From a virus (Duplodnaviria > Caudoviricetes), in the IMG/VR virus record IMGVR_UViG_3300017785_006519, positions 1 to 35,183 of that record: 35,183 nt of DNA. One strand, 5' to 3'. Position numbers and translations under genes: made by a program. Below the pieces are notes generated by a model, which was given only the letters and a program-made list of their open reading frames with translations, searched no databases and was not told where the DNA came from. Shown here in pieces: positions 33,382-35,183 of the stretch (positions are counted from its first letter, which is position 1; each line of letters opens with the position of its first letter).

Positions 33382-34584
33382 CGGATTCGGCGGCATGACC
33401 TCAAAGAACTCATCGGCCGCCCCTTCTTCGGGCAGGACCAGGTAATGCCCAAACGCCGTGGCCGATGAGTTGCCCGCCTGCCGCGTCGTGTCGGCAATAT
33501 CCTGCCCGCGCTGAAAATGGTACGACAGCCCCGTGTGCCGCAAAATATTTTCCTGCCAAACATCCGACACGATCCCGCGCTTCTTGTTTTTGACCGGCCC
33601 GCGCTTGGCGAGCCCCGCCGCCTCCCTCACCCCATCCCAACTCACACGCTTGCAGCTCGCCACCGGCTCACCCGTCGCCAGCGCCCTAGCCTTGGCTGCG
33701 ATGAGCACCGGCAACACGCAGGCCGGTACGGTCACGGTGCGATAACTCACCGTGCCACGTTTTCGCGGTCTGACCTCGATTGTCGGGGTTTTTGCGTCAA
33801 GGCGCATGTCGGCAGGCAAAACCCGCAGCGCTTCGGCGTGGCGCATGAAACACCAGCACGCGAGGGCCACATAAGCAGCCATTCCTTGCGATTTGGCGCG
33901 CTTTGCGGCACCCATTAGGGCGTGGGTATGGGCAGGGGTCAGAATGCGCGGCAAATCGACCGCGCGGGCACGTTCACTTAAATCCTTAAAATCGACCTCG
34001 AAAGGAATTTCCTTCACCCACCGCCGCTTCTTCCAGTGATTCGCCCACGCTTGCAGCACAGCGGCGTCGTTTTTCCGCGTGAAATCCGCCCGCTTCCCAC
34101 GATAAACGAACTCCTCGTAATGCTCCGGCGTCACCTCGCCCACGTTCGACACCCCAATCTCAGCCAGCCAAACCGTAAACGCCCGACACCGGCTAAGGTT
34201 ATTCGACCTCGTTGCATCCTGCCGCCCACGCTCAGCCTGATGCGCGAGCCAATCGGCCAGCGCTTGGGTGAGCGGCACGGGGTCGCCCTTGACCATGACG
34301 CGGTCGGAGGCGATCACGCAGGCCAGAAGCGAGCGCCCCCCTGCCCGCTCCACTGCGGCCTCGGCATCGCGGAGCTGGGCCTCGGTGAGCCTAGTCATGC
34401 GCGGAGCCATGATGTTCTCGGTCGCCTGCGTGAGCACGGCCTGCATTTCCTGCATCTTTGCACGCAGCGCGGCGACGTCGCGCCCCTGCTTGCGGATACG
34501 CTTGCCCAGATGGAATCCATCGAGGAGCCATGAACCGCCGGGAAGCGGAATGAGTCGGAGCAGATTCTCGCGGTGTCGGGCCAT
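33376..34584 (-). CDS. int: Phage tyrosine integrase
   Basis: MRHAEAL (R), NILRHT, AGNS...HY; adjacent to attP. Confidence 0.92.
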   Translation of the reverse strand: MARHRENLLRLIPLPGGSWLLDGFHLGKRIRKQGRDVAALRAKMQEMQAVLTQATENIMAPRMTRLTEAQLRDAEAAVERAGGRSLLACVIASDRVMVKGDPVPLTQALADWLAHQAERGRQDATRSNNLSRCRAFTVWLAEIGVSNVGEVTPEHYEEFVYRGKRADFTRKNDAAVLQAWANHWKKRRWVKEIPFEVDFKDLSERARAVDLPRILTPAHTHALMGAAKRAKSQGMAAYVALACWCFMRHAEALRVLPADMRLDAKTPTIEVRPRKRGTVSYRTVTVPACVLPVLIAAKARALATGEPVASCKRVSWDGVREAAGLAKRGPVKNKKRGIVSDVWQENILRHTGLSYHFQRGQDIADTTRQAGNSSATAFGHYLVLPEEGAADEFFEVMPPNPV

Positions 34585-34592
34585 GCCGTACA

Positions 34593-34812
34593 GTTGGCGT
34601 TAATCTTGGCGAGAATCAAGAAAAGCGGCGAAAATCAGCGAATTATCGCCAACTCTGCCAGAATTAAGGAGGGGCCCAAAACCCCACTTTCTCCTCTGAG
34701 AGAGTGGAGCCGATGGTCGGGATTGAACCGACGACCTGCGGTTTACGATACCGAGGGCGCTACCTCTCAAGAGCTGGAATGTTGGCGTTAATTGTTGGCC
34801 ATTCTCGCCAAC
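34593..34812. repeat. Integrase arm-type sites TTGGCG(A/T)(G/T)AAT
   Basis: Copies at 34593, 34606 and 34781 (+) and at 34642 and 34801 (-), flanking the core. Confidence 0.7.
34705..34748 (-). other. attP core: 3' half of tRNA-Thr(CGT)
   Basis: TCGTAAACCGCAGGTCGTCGGTTCAATCCCGACCATCGGCTCCA contains the anticodon loop, T-arm, acceptor strand and CCA; no 5' half. Confidence 0.88.
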
Positions 34813-34944
34813 ATCGGGATTGCGCGTTCAGCCCGTCTGCCCCATTCGTCGACCAACCGGAACAGGGCGGCGTCTTTCATGCGTCGTTAGGTTAACCGGT
34901 GCCGGTGGTAGCCCTGTAGATGCCACCGCAACTAAACCAATCCA

Positions 34945-35127
34945 ATGAAGACTGACCTATATATCGCCACGCTGCCCGATTCAATCGCCACGCTTTACCG
35001 CGTCCACCCTCACCGGCGCAACGAGATCCACGCCATGCTTCGCGCCTGCATCCGCAAGGCCGATGCCAACGCCGCCAAGGACGCCGCGCCTAAGAAAACC
35101 CGAGTTTTGGCCTCAAAAGCTGCGTAA
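34945..35127 (+). CDS. Hypothetical protein
   Basis: 60-aa ORF with an A/C-rich leader. Confidence 0.5.
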   Translation: MKTDLYIATLPDSIATLYRVHPHRRNEIHAMLRACIRKADANAAKDAAPKKTRVLASKAA

Positions 35128-35183
35128 ATGACGGGTGGGGCAAAATTTTCCCGTAGGTACTCCCGAGGCCCGGCTATGCCGGA

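Larger units (their letters stand above)
1..35183. mobile_element. Temperate tailed phage (Caudoviricetes) genome, apparently near-complete and in excised/attP configuration
   Basis: Packaging, head, tail, replication, recombination and integration modules are all present; no host housekeeping genes; the partial-tRNA attP has phage-like DNA on both sides. Confidence 0.9.

Noticed and set aside
33376-34584. Integrase as the integron integrase IntI
   Set aside because: I see no IntI-specific insertion. It is about 12 kb from the attI-like site and sits beside a tRNA attP with arm sites. An IntI HMM search would settle this.
34705-34780. Complete tRNA gene
   Set aside because: The D-arm and 5' acceptor strand are absent.

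Overview
The window looks like a near-complete ~35 kb temperate tailed-phage genome in excised (attP) form. The + strand carries a late module from 62 to 21184: terS, lambda GpA-type terL, lambda-type portal, a fibre-like insert, protease/scaffold, P22-type capsid, tail genes, tail fibre and holin-like genes. The - strand carries an early operon: RHH regulator, Xis-like protein, RecT-like annealing protein, YqaJ exonuclease, RusA, initiator, DnaC-like loader and dUTPase. At the right end are a tyrosine integrase and an attP made of the 3' half of tRNA-Thr(CGT). The standout feature is an integron-type cassette array at ~21375-26360, between the converging late and early operons. It has 11 attC sites, an attI-like entry core at its left end and no intI gene. 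Every cassette ORF lies antisense to the canonical attC orientation and is therefore co-oriented with the phage early transcript. Core-site complementarity fits real G|TT cassette recombination, and the cassettes nearest dUTPase have decayed and fused. Other findings are a 19-bp GTATC-N9-GATAC operator repeated before late genes, a divergent two-RHH switch, iteron-like repeats and integrase arm-type sites. All calls come from reading the sequence by eye; no searches were run.
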